This document shows, piece after piece, positions 39,379-50,321 of a stretch of 64,000 bases of DNA. Position 1 is the stretch's first letter; the number at the start of each line of letters is the position of its first letter. The position numbers and the translations under genes are program-made. The notes beneath the pieces are model-generated. The model had not been told where the DNA came from, searched no databases, and saw nothing but the letters and a program-made list of their open reading frames with translations. The DNA is taken from the NCBI GenBank assembly GCA_963705305.1, contig OY970067.1:3968001-4032000 (forward strand). Direction: 5' to 3'. The stretch is from an uncultured Methylomirabilota bacterium (GTDB lineage Bacteria > Methylomirabilota > Methylomirabilia > Methylomirabilales > 2-02-FULL-66-22).

Positions 39379-40334
39379 GCACTGCCGGGGCCCAGGGAGC
39401 ACCCGCGCACTGGACGGCATCTCCCGGAGTGCGGGAGCAAACGGAAACGCGCCGGGGGACTCCAGGTCCCCGACGGGCCCGGGCAATACCTTCCAACGCA
39501 AGCGAGGGCAGGGCCGGAGAAGAGGCCCCTGAAAGCTGAGGGACCGGGAGGCGACAGATCGCCAGACGGAACGTGTCAACAAGAATGAGACACTCCCCGT
39601 ATCTTCGCCGATGTTTGGCCGGCTTGGCGTAGACAGCCACGCCTCCCAAGCGCCGAATCATCTCGAACGCGCCCGCGAGACACACCGTAATGCACACCAG
39701 CCTGCCGGCGGGGTCGGCGATGGCGAACGCGCGGCCGTGCTTGCGGATCACGTAGATGTTATTCGGCGGGGGAACTTGCGCGAGGGGGATGGAGGGCGTA
39801 CGCTCGTCCTTGCCCAGGACTCTCCTCCTTACCTGGGTGGGGTTGTGGGCCACGCCCCCGGCGAGTTGGCGCTCGCGCGGGGGCACCTTCTGCCTATGTC
39901 TTCAGTCCATTCTCAATCACCTCCGAGCAGATCCATCGATGCGCGATCCTGAACGTGCTGACGGACCAGCCCGTCTCCTTCGTTTTCTGGTTTCCCATGC
40001 GGATGGCGCAACCGCCAGTCTTGCTCGTCTCAATGGGGCGAGATCCGTCGGATACCTGACCTAGCCCTAGCAAGTGGTCCAGGGGCTCCGTCCCCTTGGC
40101 ATGCGGCGTCCTGTGGGCATCCGTCCCCCCTTGCGCCCGGTGAAACCGGGGCCCTGGGCTTTACGCCTGCCCCGATTGGGCTCTTCCCCCGCCCAGCAGG
40201 TGACGAAAATACCGTGCCTCACGCGCTAGGCAGCCCCAGGAGGTGCGTTCCCGGCCGAGCGGCGGGGGGGGGGGGGTGGTGCCGCGAGGGCAACCGTAGA
40301 AGTCCCCATCCTCCGGAAGGCACCGCCCGGTCCA

Positions 40335-41067
40335 TTAGGCAGCCTGTTTCCGACTCGAATTGGGATGCACAGCGGCCTCCCGCTTCCGGGCGGTGAGCCA
40401 GACGCTCCGCACCGTGGCCGGGTACCATAGGCGTTTGCGCCTTTTCGTCGGAATGCGATCCGCATTGAGGTCGTACGCGATGCGCTCGTAGCTCGTGCCG
40501 CGTCGCCGCGCCTTCGCCATTTGGGCCAGCACCTTCTCCTCGGCCCGCACTGGCACGAGATGCGTTCCGTCCTTCGCGAGGGTGAAGCCGCAGGGGATAG
40601 TCCCAACGCGCTCCCCGTTCTGCCGCTTGTAGGCGAGGGCCTCACGGGTGCGCTCCCCGATGACGCCCCGCTCCCATTCACTGATGGAGGTGACGATGCT
40701 CCGGAAGAGCTGGCCGGTGGCCGTCCTGGTATCCACGGCCTTTTGGATCGAGACGAGGGCCACCTGGTGCTTGTCCGTGACGTCGGCGAGATAGACGAGG
40801 TCCCGCACGGAGCGGGTGAGCCGGTCCAGCTTGGTGACTACGATCCCCTCGAAGCGACAGGTCTTCCTCGGGATTTCCTCCAAGAGCTGCTGGGGGGCCC
40901 GGGCGTTTGAGGTCTTTCGCGCTGTGGCCGTTGTCCCGGACGACGCCGATGCATCGCCAGCCATTCCCTTTGCAGCACGCCCGGATCCTCCGTTCTTGCG
41001 CATTAAGACTGACCCCATTCTCGGCCTGCTCGTTCGTGGACACCCGGACATACCCGACGGCTCGCAC
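40335..41067 (-). pseudogene. Serine recombinase (resolvase family), frameshifted
   Basis: GYVRVST and RPG in one frame; KLDRLTRS and EWERGVIGERTR in another; shift within the G6 run 40892-40897. Confidence 0.88.
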
Positions 41068-41453
41068 GTTTGTCCCCTTCCTTGTCCCGGGCGGCTGGGA
41101 TCCTCATGCCGCCCACTGGCCCTGGAAGGGGACAATCAGTTCCGATTGCACTCGGAAAATACCGTGTGTGCCGCTCCCCCGTTCACAACCCTCACGCTCC
41201 CTCCAATTTTTCCTCCTCCTGATTGACCGGAGCCCCGGCAAGGCTCGAATGGGGCTTTGAATGCCGCCGGGCCCCGGGCCGCTCCTCGCGCCAAATTACG
41301 CATCCAGGTTTGAGGAACATCGGTCCAAGAATCACCGCGGGCAGGGAGGGATCTTCGCCCATCCTCCGGCCCTCTATACGCGGAGGAAATTCGTCATCAC
41401 CCGGAAGCACTGGCACCGAATCCCTCCTCTTGGCGTGGTTATAGATGTTCGTG

Positions 41454-42775
41454 CACTGCTGTCCCAATGTTGAGTTGCCCATCGAACGGAACCTATTGAT
41501 GATGTTGGCGTTTCTGCCCCTGGAAAGATTTATCGATTTGGACGGCCGGCTTGGGATGGGGCATACTCTCGCCCTCTCGCGAGAGGAGACCCATGAACAG
41601 CGGCCGGACACTCTTTGCACAACTGGTGGACTGCGTCTCACCGTACGAGTTCCGCAAGTGCGTGGATCGCTATCAGGGGCACTACAAAGTCCAGAGGTTC
41701 ACCTGCTGGGACCAGTTTCTCTGCATGGCATTTGCCCAACTCACGTACCGAGAGAGCTTGCGGGACATCCAGGCCTGCCTCCGGGTCGCCCCGCCCAAGC
41801 TCTACCATATCGGCTTCCGGGGGACAGTGGCCCGCAACACGCTCGCCCATGCGAACGAGGTGCGCGACTGGCGGATCTATGCCGACTTCGCGCAGAGGGT
41901 GATCACGACGGCCCGTACGCTCTACCCGGCCGAAGACTTCGGCGTCGCGCTGGAGCAGGCCGCGTACGCGCTCGACGCCACGGTCATCGACCTGTGTCTG
42001 GCCCTGTTCCCCTGGGCCAAGTTCCGCAAACACAAAGCCGCGGTGGAGCTGCCTGCGCGGCTGGACCTGCGGGGCAACATCCCCAGCGTGCTGTTCATCA
42101 CCCCGGGCCGCGTGCACGATGTGAACATCCTCGATCAGCTGACCATCGAGGCCGGCGCCTTCTATATCCTCGATCGCGGTTACCTCGACTTCGCGCAGCT
42201 CTACCGGCTGCATCGGGCCGTCGGCTTCTTCGTGACGCGTGCGAAGCGGAATTTCCGCTTCCGGTACCTCGAGTCGCGGGCAGTCGATCGGACCACGGGT
42301 GTCCGTTCGGATCAGATCATCCGACTCTACGGTTTCTACAGCAAGCGGAGCTACCCCGAGCGCTTGCGCCGCGTCCGCTACTACGAGGCCGACAAGCGGA
42401 AATGGCTCGTGTTTCTCACCAACAACTTCCCGCTCCCGGCGGTGCGGATCGCGCAGCTCTACAAGTGCCGGTGGCAAGTCGAACTGTTCTTCAAGTGGAT
42501 CAAGCAGCATCTGCGGAACAAGGCCTTCTACGGCACCTCCGAGAACGCGGTGAAGACCTAGATCTGGATCGCCATCGCCGTGTATGTCCTGGTTGCCATC
42601 GTCAGGAAGCGCCTCAACCTGGAGGCCAGTCTGTACACGATTCTCCAGATCCTCAGCGTCTCGCTATTCGAGAAAATCCCATTGATAGAGGCACTTGCGC
42701 CACCACAGGCTGCTTTGCTGGAGGCTGGTCCCAGTAACCAGCTAAATCTGTTCGACTAACGTTGGGACAGCAGTG
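41454..42775 (+). mobile_element. IS4-family insertion sequence
   Basis: Terminal inverted repeats CACTGCTGTCCCAA(T/C)GTT at both ends; no target duplication seen. Confidence 0.92.
41593..42759 (+). pseudogene. IS4 transposase with a nonsense codon
   Basis: LDATVI, DRGY, YKCRWQVELFFKWIKQ; TAG at 42559-42561 within KT*IWIA; frame continues to QLNLFD*. Confidence 0.9.
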
Positions 42776-42860
42776 AATGGATTTATATGTTCTGGTTTCC
42801 GCTTGCGTGCCCCCGCAACCACTAAACCGAATACCTGCGCCCGGCGCAGGAGGCCTTGTG

Positions 42861-42886
42861 GGCTCGGCTGCACTAGCAGCCGAGCC
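42861..42886. terminator. Perfect 11-bp hairpin
   Basis: GGCTCGGCTGC-ACTA-GCAGCCGAGCC; directly follows a truncated minus-strand ORF end; no clear U tract. Confidence 0.4.
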
Positions 42887-42987
42887 TATTTGCTGAAGCC
42901 CAGGCTCGGGTATTTCCGGTACGTCTCTGCCATCGGCAGCCCGTGCCGCTTCATGTGGTGCGGGGTGATCTTCCCCTGGGCTTCCCC

Positions 42988-44238
42988 TGTCGTCCGCAAA
43001 GACTCCATCCACTGTTAATTTCGTGCTGATAGACTCTCCCGTCGGGCGTCAGAAACTCGAGCTTTGGTTTGATCTCCAGCCTGAAGCGGGGGAGTACGCG
43101 ACTTCATGCGACAAATCGAGTCGTTCCTTCATCTTGGTCGGATGGTTACCGGGATCTGGGTCGATCTAGTGAGGTTCCTGGCCGCCAGCCTCCGGTCCTA
43201 GACGGCGCTCTTGGCCGAAAACCTCTTCCTCCGGAAGCAGTTGACACTGTATCGCGAGCGGCGGGTGAAACCTCGACGACCGTCGGATACGATTCGGCTC
43301 GGGCTGGTGCTACTCGCACGGTGTTGCAACTGGCGCGAGGCCCTCACGATTGTGCAGCCGGCGACGCTCCTCCGGTGGCACTGCGAGGCCTTCCGACTCT
43401 TCTGGCGGTGGCGGTCTCGACCCGGACGGCCCCGGCTCCCGGCGAATCTCCAGCACCTGATCGCGGCGATGGCTCGAGACAATCCGAGCTGGGGTGAGGA
43501 GCGGATCGCCGCGGAGTTGCTCCTGAAGCTCGGCCTCCGCGTCTCCCCACGCACCGTCCGCCGGTACATGGTCCGCAGAATCGGCGGGGGAGGAAGGGGG
43601 GGCGCCAATCAGCGGTGGGCCACCTTCGTCCGCAATCACTCCCGGGCTATCGTTGCGTGCGACTTCTGCGTGGCGGTGACCGCCACGTTCCGCGTCCTGT
43701 ACAGCTTCGCGGCTCTCGAGGTGGGGAGCCGACGATTGCTCCACGTCAACGTCACCAGTCACCCGACGGCGACGTGGACCCTGCAGCAGTTCCGAGAGAT
43801 CCGCGCGGAACCGCACGCCTATCGCTTTGTCCTTCATGATCGCGACAGCATCTATACGCCCTGGCTGGATGCGGCCCTCACCGCGATGGGCGTCCGTGTC
43901 CTCCGAACACCGATCCAATCGCCGATGGCGAACGCGTACTGTGAACGACTGCTCGGAAGTCTACGCCGCGACTGTCTCGATTACCTGATCCCCTTCGGCG
44001 AGGAGCATTTGCGCCGGGTCCTTTGCTTTTGGAAAATGCACTACAATCGGGGCCGCCCTCACACGAGCCTGGATCCGGGGCTCCCCGAGCCCGATGCTGA
44101 CTTGCCGGCAGCCCCAATCAGTGGTCATCGTCTCCCGAGTGGCGTTCGGGTCGTGGCGCCATCAATCCTGGATGGCTTGCATCACGAATACGAATTGGAA
44201 TTGGCGGCCTGAGCCAGCTCTATTTATTGCGCACCACA
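42988..44238 (+). mobile_element. IS481-like (integrase-core DDE) element with an inactivated transposase (43106-44212)
   Basis: TGT...ACA ends with imperfect IRs (TGTCGTCCGCAA / TTGCGCACCACA); ACDF, HDRD, NAYCER motifs; in-frame TAG at 43199-43201. Confidence 0.8.
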
Positions 44239-44324
44239 GGACTCCCGCGCCGTGCAGCTTACGCGGCACCTCCAGTTGCTGCGGTCCCTCCCCTCGTAAG
44301 TGGTGGGAATAGGACTATACCCCT

Positions 44325-44460
44325 AGAAAATATTATACTTGACAATGTATCTGCCTTTCGAGTATACGATCGTCCCATCGAATACTGTATCCGTTTTTAT
44401 GAAAATGTGTATTTTATATGTTTCATGTTTGTATACTCTTATCAAAGTTGTGGTATGCGC
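44325..44460 (+). promoter_or_regulatory. AT-rich sigma70-type promoter with candidate GntR operators
   Basis: TTGACA at 44339-44344; two GTATAC palindromes plus TGTAT half-sites. Confidence 0.5.
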
Positions 44461-44497
44461 CTTCTGATTGTGCACGCAGGCAATGAAGGAGGCGTTT

Positions 44498-45256
44498 ATG
44501 CCAACAAAGGGTAGTAGTCCCTCGGGCCAGCCGCTGACCTCGGTCGAACGGGTCTACGAGTTTGTCAGACAGGCCATTAAAGACTTTACAATTAAGCCCG
44601 GGGAAAGCATCGTTGACAGCGAAATCGCAAAGCAAATCGGGATCAGCCGGACACCCGTCCGAGAAGCGTTGCGGCAACTTGAGCTGGAAGGGCTGGTCGT
44701 TCATACGCCTCGCCGGGGCTGGACCGTCCGAGTGCTTCAGCTTCAAGACGTGGAGAATATTTTCGAGATCAAAGAATGCCTGGAAGGCATGCTTGTCCGG
44801 CAGGCGACCAGAAAGCTGAACCCCCAAGACAGGGTCGACTTGAAGAGGACGTTTCGCGCTATGGAGGAAGCGGCCAACGCGAGGGATCAACACGCCTGGC
44901 TCGCCGCTGATGCCCGCGTGGAAAAGGCGTTCTATGCAGCCGCCCGAAATCCCCGTGCCCAGCAGATCCTGTCGTCGGTGAATGCCCAGTGGCATTGGGT
45001 GTGGCGCGGAATCATTGCGCTCGGAGATCGGATGGAGCAGTCGACCTGCGAGCATGGAGCCATTTTGGACCGCGCGCTTGTGGGAGACGCGGATGGTGCC
45101 GCGGCACTCACTTTAGAGCATTTGGCGAGCATCAAGCGGTTGCTCCTAACCGTGCTGACCAATTTCGTGTTCCCATTAACCGAGACCGTCGGAGGGGCTG
45201 TGGTGGTTCCCGCCGCACGGAAGGGCAAGGCAAAGGCTAGTGCACTTGCCCCTTAA
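44498..45256 (+). CDS. GntR family (FCD) transcriptional regulator
   Basis: ISRTPVREALRQLE wHTH; AAR.NP and EH..I in the FCD domain; AAGGAGG RBS. Confidence 0.93.
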   Translation: MPTKGSSPSGQPLTSVERVYEFVRQAIKDFTIKPGESIVDSEIAKQIGISRTPVREALRQLELEGLVVHTPRRGWTVRVLQLQDVENIFEIKECLEGMLVRQATRKLNPQDRVDLKRTFRAMEEAANARDQHAWLAADARVEKAFYAAARNPRAQQILSSVNAQWHWVWRGIIALGDRMEQSTCEHGAILDRALVGDADGAAALTLEHLASIKRLLLTVLTNFVFPLTETVGGAVVVPAARKGKAKASALAP

Positions 45257-45767
45257 CTGAGGTGGCAACCCGGGCAAGGATAGTAGTTCCGCAATCAAGG
45301 TTTCGCCGCAAGTCGAGATAGTCCGATAGCACCATGGCCCATCGCAGGTTCCGTGCACGAACGATTCGTCGTGAAACGGGGGCACTGATGATGGTGTGTG
45401 GTCTGTTCGAGGGGGGACTTCGGCTCTCACGGAGGGCCGAGATCGGACCGTCCAGTCGCGCGGACGGGTGTCGAGAAATGCAGCAGCCCGGGCGTGCGGC
45501 ACGGAATCTTCTCGCACCGTATGCTCGCTTCTCGGAGCCGAGTTGCCGCGCGGTCGCCTTTGGCCGCTCTCTGCACCAAACCAGTTGTCGGGCTCCTTCG
45601 CATCTCTCTCCATCCAGATCCGGCCGTGTGCACTGGTTCGGCCGTAGCTGCCTGCGACGCCTCCACGGGTGCGCTGTGTGTGTTCTCGTCCCTGCGCCAG
45701 GAAACGAGTCCGGAACGGGCGGCCCCGTGCCCGATCATGCGCGATCCAGGCCAAGCAGGTTGGAGTG

Positions 45768-46736
45768 ATGGGCATTCTGCGGTTCATCGCCCGTCGGCTT
45801 ATCTTCATGATCGTGCTCGTGATCGGGGTAAGCATCCTGATCTTCTTCATGATCAATGCCATCGGCAACCCGATCGAGATTCTGATGGCGGAACGCCCCG
45901 GTATCTCGCCCGCCGCGATTGAATCCGTGAAGCACTACTACCACATGGATCGCCCGCTGACCGAGCAGTACTTGGCCTGGCTGGGCAACGTGGTGCGGCT
46001 GGACTTCGGGACCAGCATCGTGTACAGCCAGCCGGTCGGTGAGATGCTCAGAACGTGGGGCTGGGAGACAATCAAAATCCAGGTCCCCGCCATCCTGCTC
46101 TCGCTAATTCTGGGCATCGCCATCGGAGTGCCGGCGGCCACCCGCCAGTACACAAAGACCGACTTCGGGATCATGACAGCGGCGCTACTCGGGAGATCCA
46201 TCCCCGGCTTCTTTCTGGGGATTATTCTCATTCTGGTGTTTTCGTATTGGCTCGGCATCTTCCCGAGCTATGGAGCCTATTCCACGCGCGGACTGTTCCT
46301 GAACAGCGCACCGCTTGATGCGCTCTGGCATATGGTGCTGCCGGTAGCGATGCTAGCGTATTTCGAGACCGCCACATTGACTCTCCTCATCCGCTCGAAC
46401 ATGGTCAACGTCCTGCGGCAGGATTTCATCATGGCCGCCCGCGCGAGCGGCCTCAAACCCTCCCGCGTCGTCTATCGACATGCGTTGAAGAATGCCTTCA
46501 TTCCCGCCCTCACCTATGTCGCCATCCTTTTCGGCCTAATGCTGGGAGCCGCGCCCGTCACTGAGACCGTGTTCACCTGGCCCGGACTCGGTTATCTGTA
46601 CATCACGGCTATCGTGCAGCTCGACTTTCCCGTAATCATGAGCATGAACCTCGTGATCACGCTGATGCTTGTCACAGCGAACTTGTTGACGGACATTGCC
46701 TATGTCTTCATTGATCCCCGCATTCGTCTGGAATAA
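45768..46736 (+). CDS. Opp/Dpp-type ABC transporter permease (B)
   Basis: LDFGTS, ARASGL EAA loop, HALKNA, ETVFTWPGLG, IDPRIR. Confidence 0.95.
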   Translation: MGILRFIARRLIFMIVLVIGVSILIFFMINAIGNPIEILMAERPGISPAAIESVKHYYHMDRPLTEQYLAWLGNVVRLDFGTSIVYSQPVGEMLRTWGWETIKIQVPAILLSLILGIAIGVPAATRQYTKTDFGIMTAALLGRSIPGFFLGIILILVFSYWLGIFPSYGAYSTRGLFLNSAPLDALWHMVLPVAMLAYFETATLTLLIRSNMVNVLRQDFIMAARASGLKPSRVVYRHALKNAFIPALTYVAILFGLMLGAAPVTETVFTWPGLGYLYITAIVQLDFPVIMSMNLVITLMLVTANLLTDIAYVFIDPRIRLE

Positions 46737-46747
46737 GCGAGGCCGAA

Positions 46748-47686
46748 ATGGCTAGAACGACCTCGAACCACCCAGATGCGTTGGAGCAAGATCTGCACAG
46801 GCGTGGCATGTGGTGGCAGAGCTGGCAGCGGTTCCGCCGCAACAGGGTAGGCGTGCTCGGGCTGAGCATGGTCGCGCTTGTCGTCCTCGTCGCGATCCTT
46901 TGCCCCCTGCTTGCTCCGCACGATCCGTATGATCAGTCAGCCATGCTCCAGTTTCAGGCGAAGGCGCCCCCGAGCTGGAGCCACCCGCTGGGCACGGACC
47001 GGATGGGGTACGATGTCGCCTCGCGGATAATCTACGGTGCACCGACGGCCCTGATTGTCGGCTTGGGCGCGATGCTGGTCGCGACAACGATCGGGATCAC
47101 TCTCGGGGGGATCAGTGGGTACGTCGGTGGGATGGCGGACGAACTGCTGATGCGGGTGACAGAGTTCTTTCTCGTTATCCCGATATTCATCGTGGTGCTC
47201 GTCATGGTCCGTATCTTCGGGATCTTGGTGGTCGGGACGGCAATGGAAAAGATCCCGTACCTGAACCTCTCGACCATCATCCTTGTCCTCGGGATTTTCG
47301 GGTGGCCGCCGCTGGCCCGGATGTCCCGGGCAGAGTTTCTCCGCCTCAGAGAAGCGGAATTTGTCGAGGCGGCGCGCTGCATCGGGGTCGAGCGGAGGAG
47401 CATCATCTTCCGGCACATCCTGCCGAATGCGTTCCCGTCGCTCATCGTGCTCATCGCGTTGGGCGTCGGCGGGGCGATCCTGATGGAGGCGATGGTCAGC
47501 TTCCTCGGCTTCGGCGACCCGAAGGCCATCAGCTGGGGGCAAGAGCTGTATTTCAACTACGAATTCCTAAAGATTTCCCCCTGGGCCTCGATTGCGGCGG
47601 GGACGGCTATCTTCGTGACCGTCTTGGGGTTCAACCTGCTCGCCGATGGCCTCACCGACGCCCTCAATCCACGGCTCAAGGAATAG
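46748..47686 (+). CDS. Opp/Dpp-type ABC transporter permease (C)
   Basis: HPLGTD, FVEAARCIG, RHILPN, SFLGFG, DALNPR. Confidence 0.95.
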   Translation: MARTTSNHPDALEQDLHRRGMWWQSWQRFRRNRVGVLGLSMVALVVLVAILCPLLAPHDPYDQSAMLQFQAKAPPSWSHPLGTDRMGYDVASRIIYGAPTALIVGLGAMLVATTIGITLGGISGYVGGMADELLMRVTEFFLVIPIFIVVLVMVRIFGILVVGTAMEKIPYLNLSTIILVLGIFGWPPLARMSRAEFLRLREAEFVEAARCIGVERRSIIFRHILPNAFPSLIVLIALGVGGAILMEAMVSFLGFGDPKAISWGQELYFNYEFLKISPWASIAAGTAIFVTVLGFNLLADGLTDALNPRLKE

Positions 47687-47690
47687 TCCG

Positions 47691-48707
47691 ATGAGCTCGG
47701 CGACGCCGAACGGGCAACTGCTGGAGGTGAGAGATCTCCGGGTGCATTTCTTCACCGGGTCCGGTGTCGTCAAGGCGGTGGATGGCGTGAGCTACGGTCT
47801 GCTACCGGGCCAGACGCTCGGCCTGGTCGGAGAGTCGGGGAGCGGCAAGACGATCTCCAGTCTCGCCCTCCTGCGCCTAATTCCGCGACCCGGGAGGATC
47901 ATCTCCGGCGAAATATATTTCCGACATGAAGATCTGATGGCCAAGGGCGATAAGGAGATGAACGCGATCCGGGGGAAGCGGATCGCCATGATCTTCCAGA
48001 ACCCGGCGTACTCCTTGAATCCCATTTACAGCATCGGCGCGCAGCTCGGCGAGATTCTCGTGTGGCACGAGAAAGTGGACCAGCGAGCCGCCGAGGAGCG
48101 TGTGGTCGAGCTGCTCCGACTGGTCGGCATCGCCGATCCGGGCAGTCGGCTGCAGCAATTTCCGCACGAACTGAGCGGCGGCATGAAGCAGCGCGTCTGC
48201 ATCGCCCGCGCGTTGCTCTGCAATCCTGCGCTCGTCCTGGCGGACGAACCCACAACCAATCTGGATGTCACGATCCAGGCCCAAATCCTGGATCTCTTGA
48301 TCGAGCTGAAGAACCGGTTTCACATGGCCATGATCCTGGTCACGCACGACATGGGGGTAGTCGCCCGGATGGCGGACCGGATCGCGGTCATGTACGCAGG
48401 GCGCCTCTGTGAAGAGGCGGACGCATCGGTCATCTTTCGGGATCCCCGGCACCCGTACACGCAGGCCCTGATTGCGACCATGCCGCGAGTGGACCGCCGC
48501 TACTCGCGCGAAGGCGGGAGCCGGCTCGTCGTGATCCCGGGACGCATTCCCAGTCTCGTCCACCCGCCATCGGGCTGCCGGTTTCATCCCCGGTGTCCGG
48601 CGGCCATGCCGGAGTGCAGCGTCAGAATGCCCGAGCCCGCTGAGGTGTCGAGCGGCCACCGCGTGAGCTGCCTTGCCCACGGCCCCGGCGATCACCCGGG
48701 GGGATGA
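47691..48707 (+). CDS. Opp/Dpp-type ABC ATPase (D)
   Basis: GESGSGKT, LSGGMKQR, ADEPTT, HPYT, GCRFHPRC. Confidence 0.95.
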   Translation: MSSATPNGQLLEVRDLRVHFFTGSGVVKAVDGVSYGLLPGQTLGLVGESGSGKTISSLALLRLIPRPGRIISGEIYFRHEDLMAKGDKEMNAIRGKRIAMIFQNPAYSLNPIYSIGAQLGEILVWHEKVDQRAAEERVVELLRLVGIADPGSRLQQFPHELSGGMKQRVCIARALLCNPALVLADEPTTNLDVTIQAQILDLLIELKNRFHMAMILVTHDMGVVARMADRIAVMYAGRLCEEADASVIFRDPRHPYTQALIATMPRVDRRYSREGGSRLVVIPGRIPSLVHPPSGCRFHPRCPAAMPECSVRMPEPAEVSSGHRVSCLAHGPGDHPGG

Positions 48708-48955
48708 GGCTGCCGATGCACAGCCATAGAGGCAGGGGCGTCGGGCCGAGAGGCGCAATGGGTGATGTGCGGAACAGGGGTGCGTGGCTCACGGGAGGCG
48801 CGTGCGGAAACCGCCGGGGCATCGCTCCGTCGTTAACCGCGCGAGGCGGGTGGGAATGGCGGAGGGCGCTCGGTGCACCGGCATTCTGCCGGCCGGACGC
48901 GGCAGGGGGCCCGCACGGCGCAGCAGTGTCTTGGCGCACTGGGCGGGCTCGATAG

Positions 48956-49960
48956 ATGGATGCCAGCGGGACCATGGTACAACCACTCGTTCGGGTTGAG
49001 CAGCTGGTCAAGCTGTACCCGGTGCTGCGGCGGGGAGTCTTTCGGACGAAGGAAGTCGGGGCGATCCGGGCCATCGACACCGTTTCGTTCGACGTCCACC
49101 GAGGCGAAACCCTTGCGCTGGTGGGCGAGAGCGGATGCGGGAAGACGACGACCGCCCGGAGCATGCTGTACCTCACACCCCCGACCTCGGGGCGGGCTCT
49201 CTTCAACGGAACGGATATTCTCGAAATCTTCCGGCGTGGGGCCCGGGCTGAGGTTCTGAAGATCCGCCGGCAACTCCAGTACGTCTTCCAGGATCCCTAT
49301 CTGTCGCTGAACCCGCGGTGGAGCATTGCGGAAACCGTCATGGAGCCCATGCGGGTCCACCAACACCTGCCGAAGACGGCCTGGGAAGCCCGACTGATGG
49401 AGCTCCTCGAACTGGTCGGGCTCGAACGGTACCATGCCTGGCGCTACCCGCACGAATTCAGCGGCGGCCAGCGCCAGCGGGTCGGGATCGCGCGTGCGCT
49501 GGCGGTGGAGCCGCAATTCTTGATATGCGACGAGCCGGTTTCGTCCTTGGATGTGTCGGTGCGTGCGCAGATTTTGAATCTCCTGTTGGACCTCCAGGAG
49601 CGCCTCGGCCTGACGTACCTGTACATTTCCCACGATCTCAGCTCGGTCCGGTTTATCAGCAATCGGGTAGCCGTGATGTACTTGGGCAAGATCGTCGAGA
49701 TCGCGGAGGTGAACGAGTTGTTCATCCATCCGGCGCACCACTATACGCATGCGTTGCTGGCCGCTATTCCGGTCCCCGATCCTACTGCGGCGGTCCAGGC
49801 AGCGGTGTTGAAAGGCGAAGTTCCTAGCGCGATCAATCCGCCGACTGGTTGTCGCTTCCACCCCCGCTGTATTGGGGCGCTGCCGCGATGCAGTCAGGCG
49901 GAGCCGTCATTGGAGCAGACTGGGGACGGGCATCTTGTGGCGTGCCACAACCCGCGCTAG
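48956..49960 (+). CDS. Opp/Dpp-type ABC ATPase (F)
   Basis: GESGCGKT, FSGGQRQR, CDEPVS, GCRFHPRC. Confidence 0.95.
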   Translation: MDASGTMVQPLVRVEQLVKLYPVLRRGVFRTKEVGAIRAIDTVSFDVHRGETLALVGESGCGKTTTARSMLYLTPPTSGRALFNGTDILEIFRRGARAEVLKIRRQLQYVFQDPYLSLNPRWSIAETVMEPMRVHQHLPKTAWEARLMELLELVGLERYHAWRYPHEFSGGQRQRVGIARALAVEPQFLICDEPVSSLDVSVRAQILNLLLDLQERLGLTYLYISHDLSSVRFISNRVAVMYLGKIVEIAEVNELFIHPAHHYTHALLAAIPVPDPTAAVQAAVLKGEVPSAINPPTGCRFHPRCIGALPRCSQAEPSLEQTGDGHLVACHNPR

Positions 49961-50009
49961 CGATGCCAGCGCTGTGATCGCGGTTGCAGGCAAGGGGGAA
50001 CACGAGCGC

Positions 50010-50321
50010 ATGGACAATCGACGTGTAGAGAAGGGAGTCGTCCGGGGTCGGCAGTTCGAGATCGAGGTGGACGGGCGGAAAATCCTCGCGCACGAGGGCG
50101 AGACCATCGGGGCGGTGCTGACCGCCGTCGGCGTGCGCGCATTCCGGAAGACGGCCAAGCGCCACCACCCGCGCGGCATGTACTGCGGGATCGGCCTCTG
50201 TTACGAGTGCACCATGGTAATCAACGGCGTACCCAACACGCGTGCCTGCCAAACGCTGGCCACTCCTGGTTGCCGGGTCGAAACACAGGAAGGTCTCGGG
50301 GAATGGGGAGGCTCGCGATGA
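50010..50321 (+). CDS. 2Fe-2S subunit (HcnA/opine dehydrogenase gamma-like)
   Basis: GETIGAVL, CGIGLCYEC, RACQT. Confidence 0.9.
   Translation: MDNRRVEKGVVRGRQFEIEVDGRKILAHEGETIGAVLTAVGVRAFRKTAKRHHPRGMYCGIGLCYECTMVINGVPNTRACQTLATPGCRVETQEGLGEWGGSR

Noticed and set aside
39600..39790. Small minus-strand phage-like ORF (RAFAIADPAGRLVCITV...EMIRRL)
   Set aside because: Resemblance is from memory only and no start could be defined
40264..40276. G13 tract as a phase-variation switch
   Set aside because: Lies in decayed intergenic DNA with no linked gene or promoter; could be a sequencing artefact
42559..43201. Amber recoding suggested by in-frame TAG in both transposases
   Set aside because: Many intact genes here end in TAG; single C-to-T changes in dead IS elements explain it
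45257..45767. Riboswitch in the 510-nt leader of the permease
   Set aside because: No known aptamer consensus recognised; an Rfam scan would be needed
48704..48955. 83-aa ORF or RNA element between the two ABC ATPases
   Set aside because: Low-complexity G/R/A translation and no convincing stem; left unexplained
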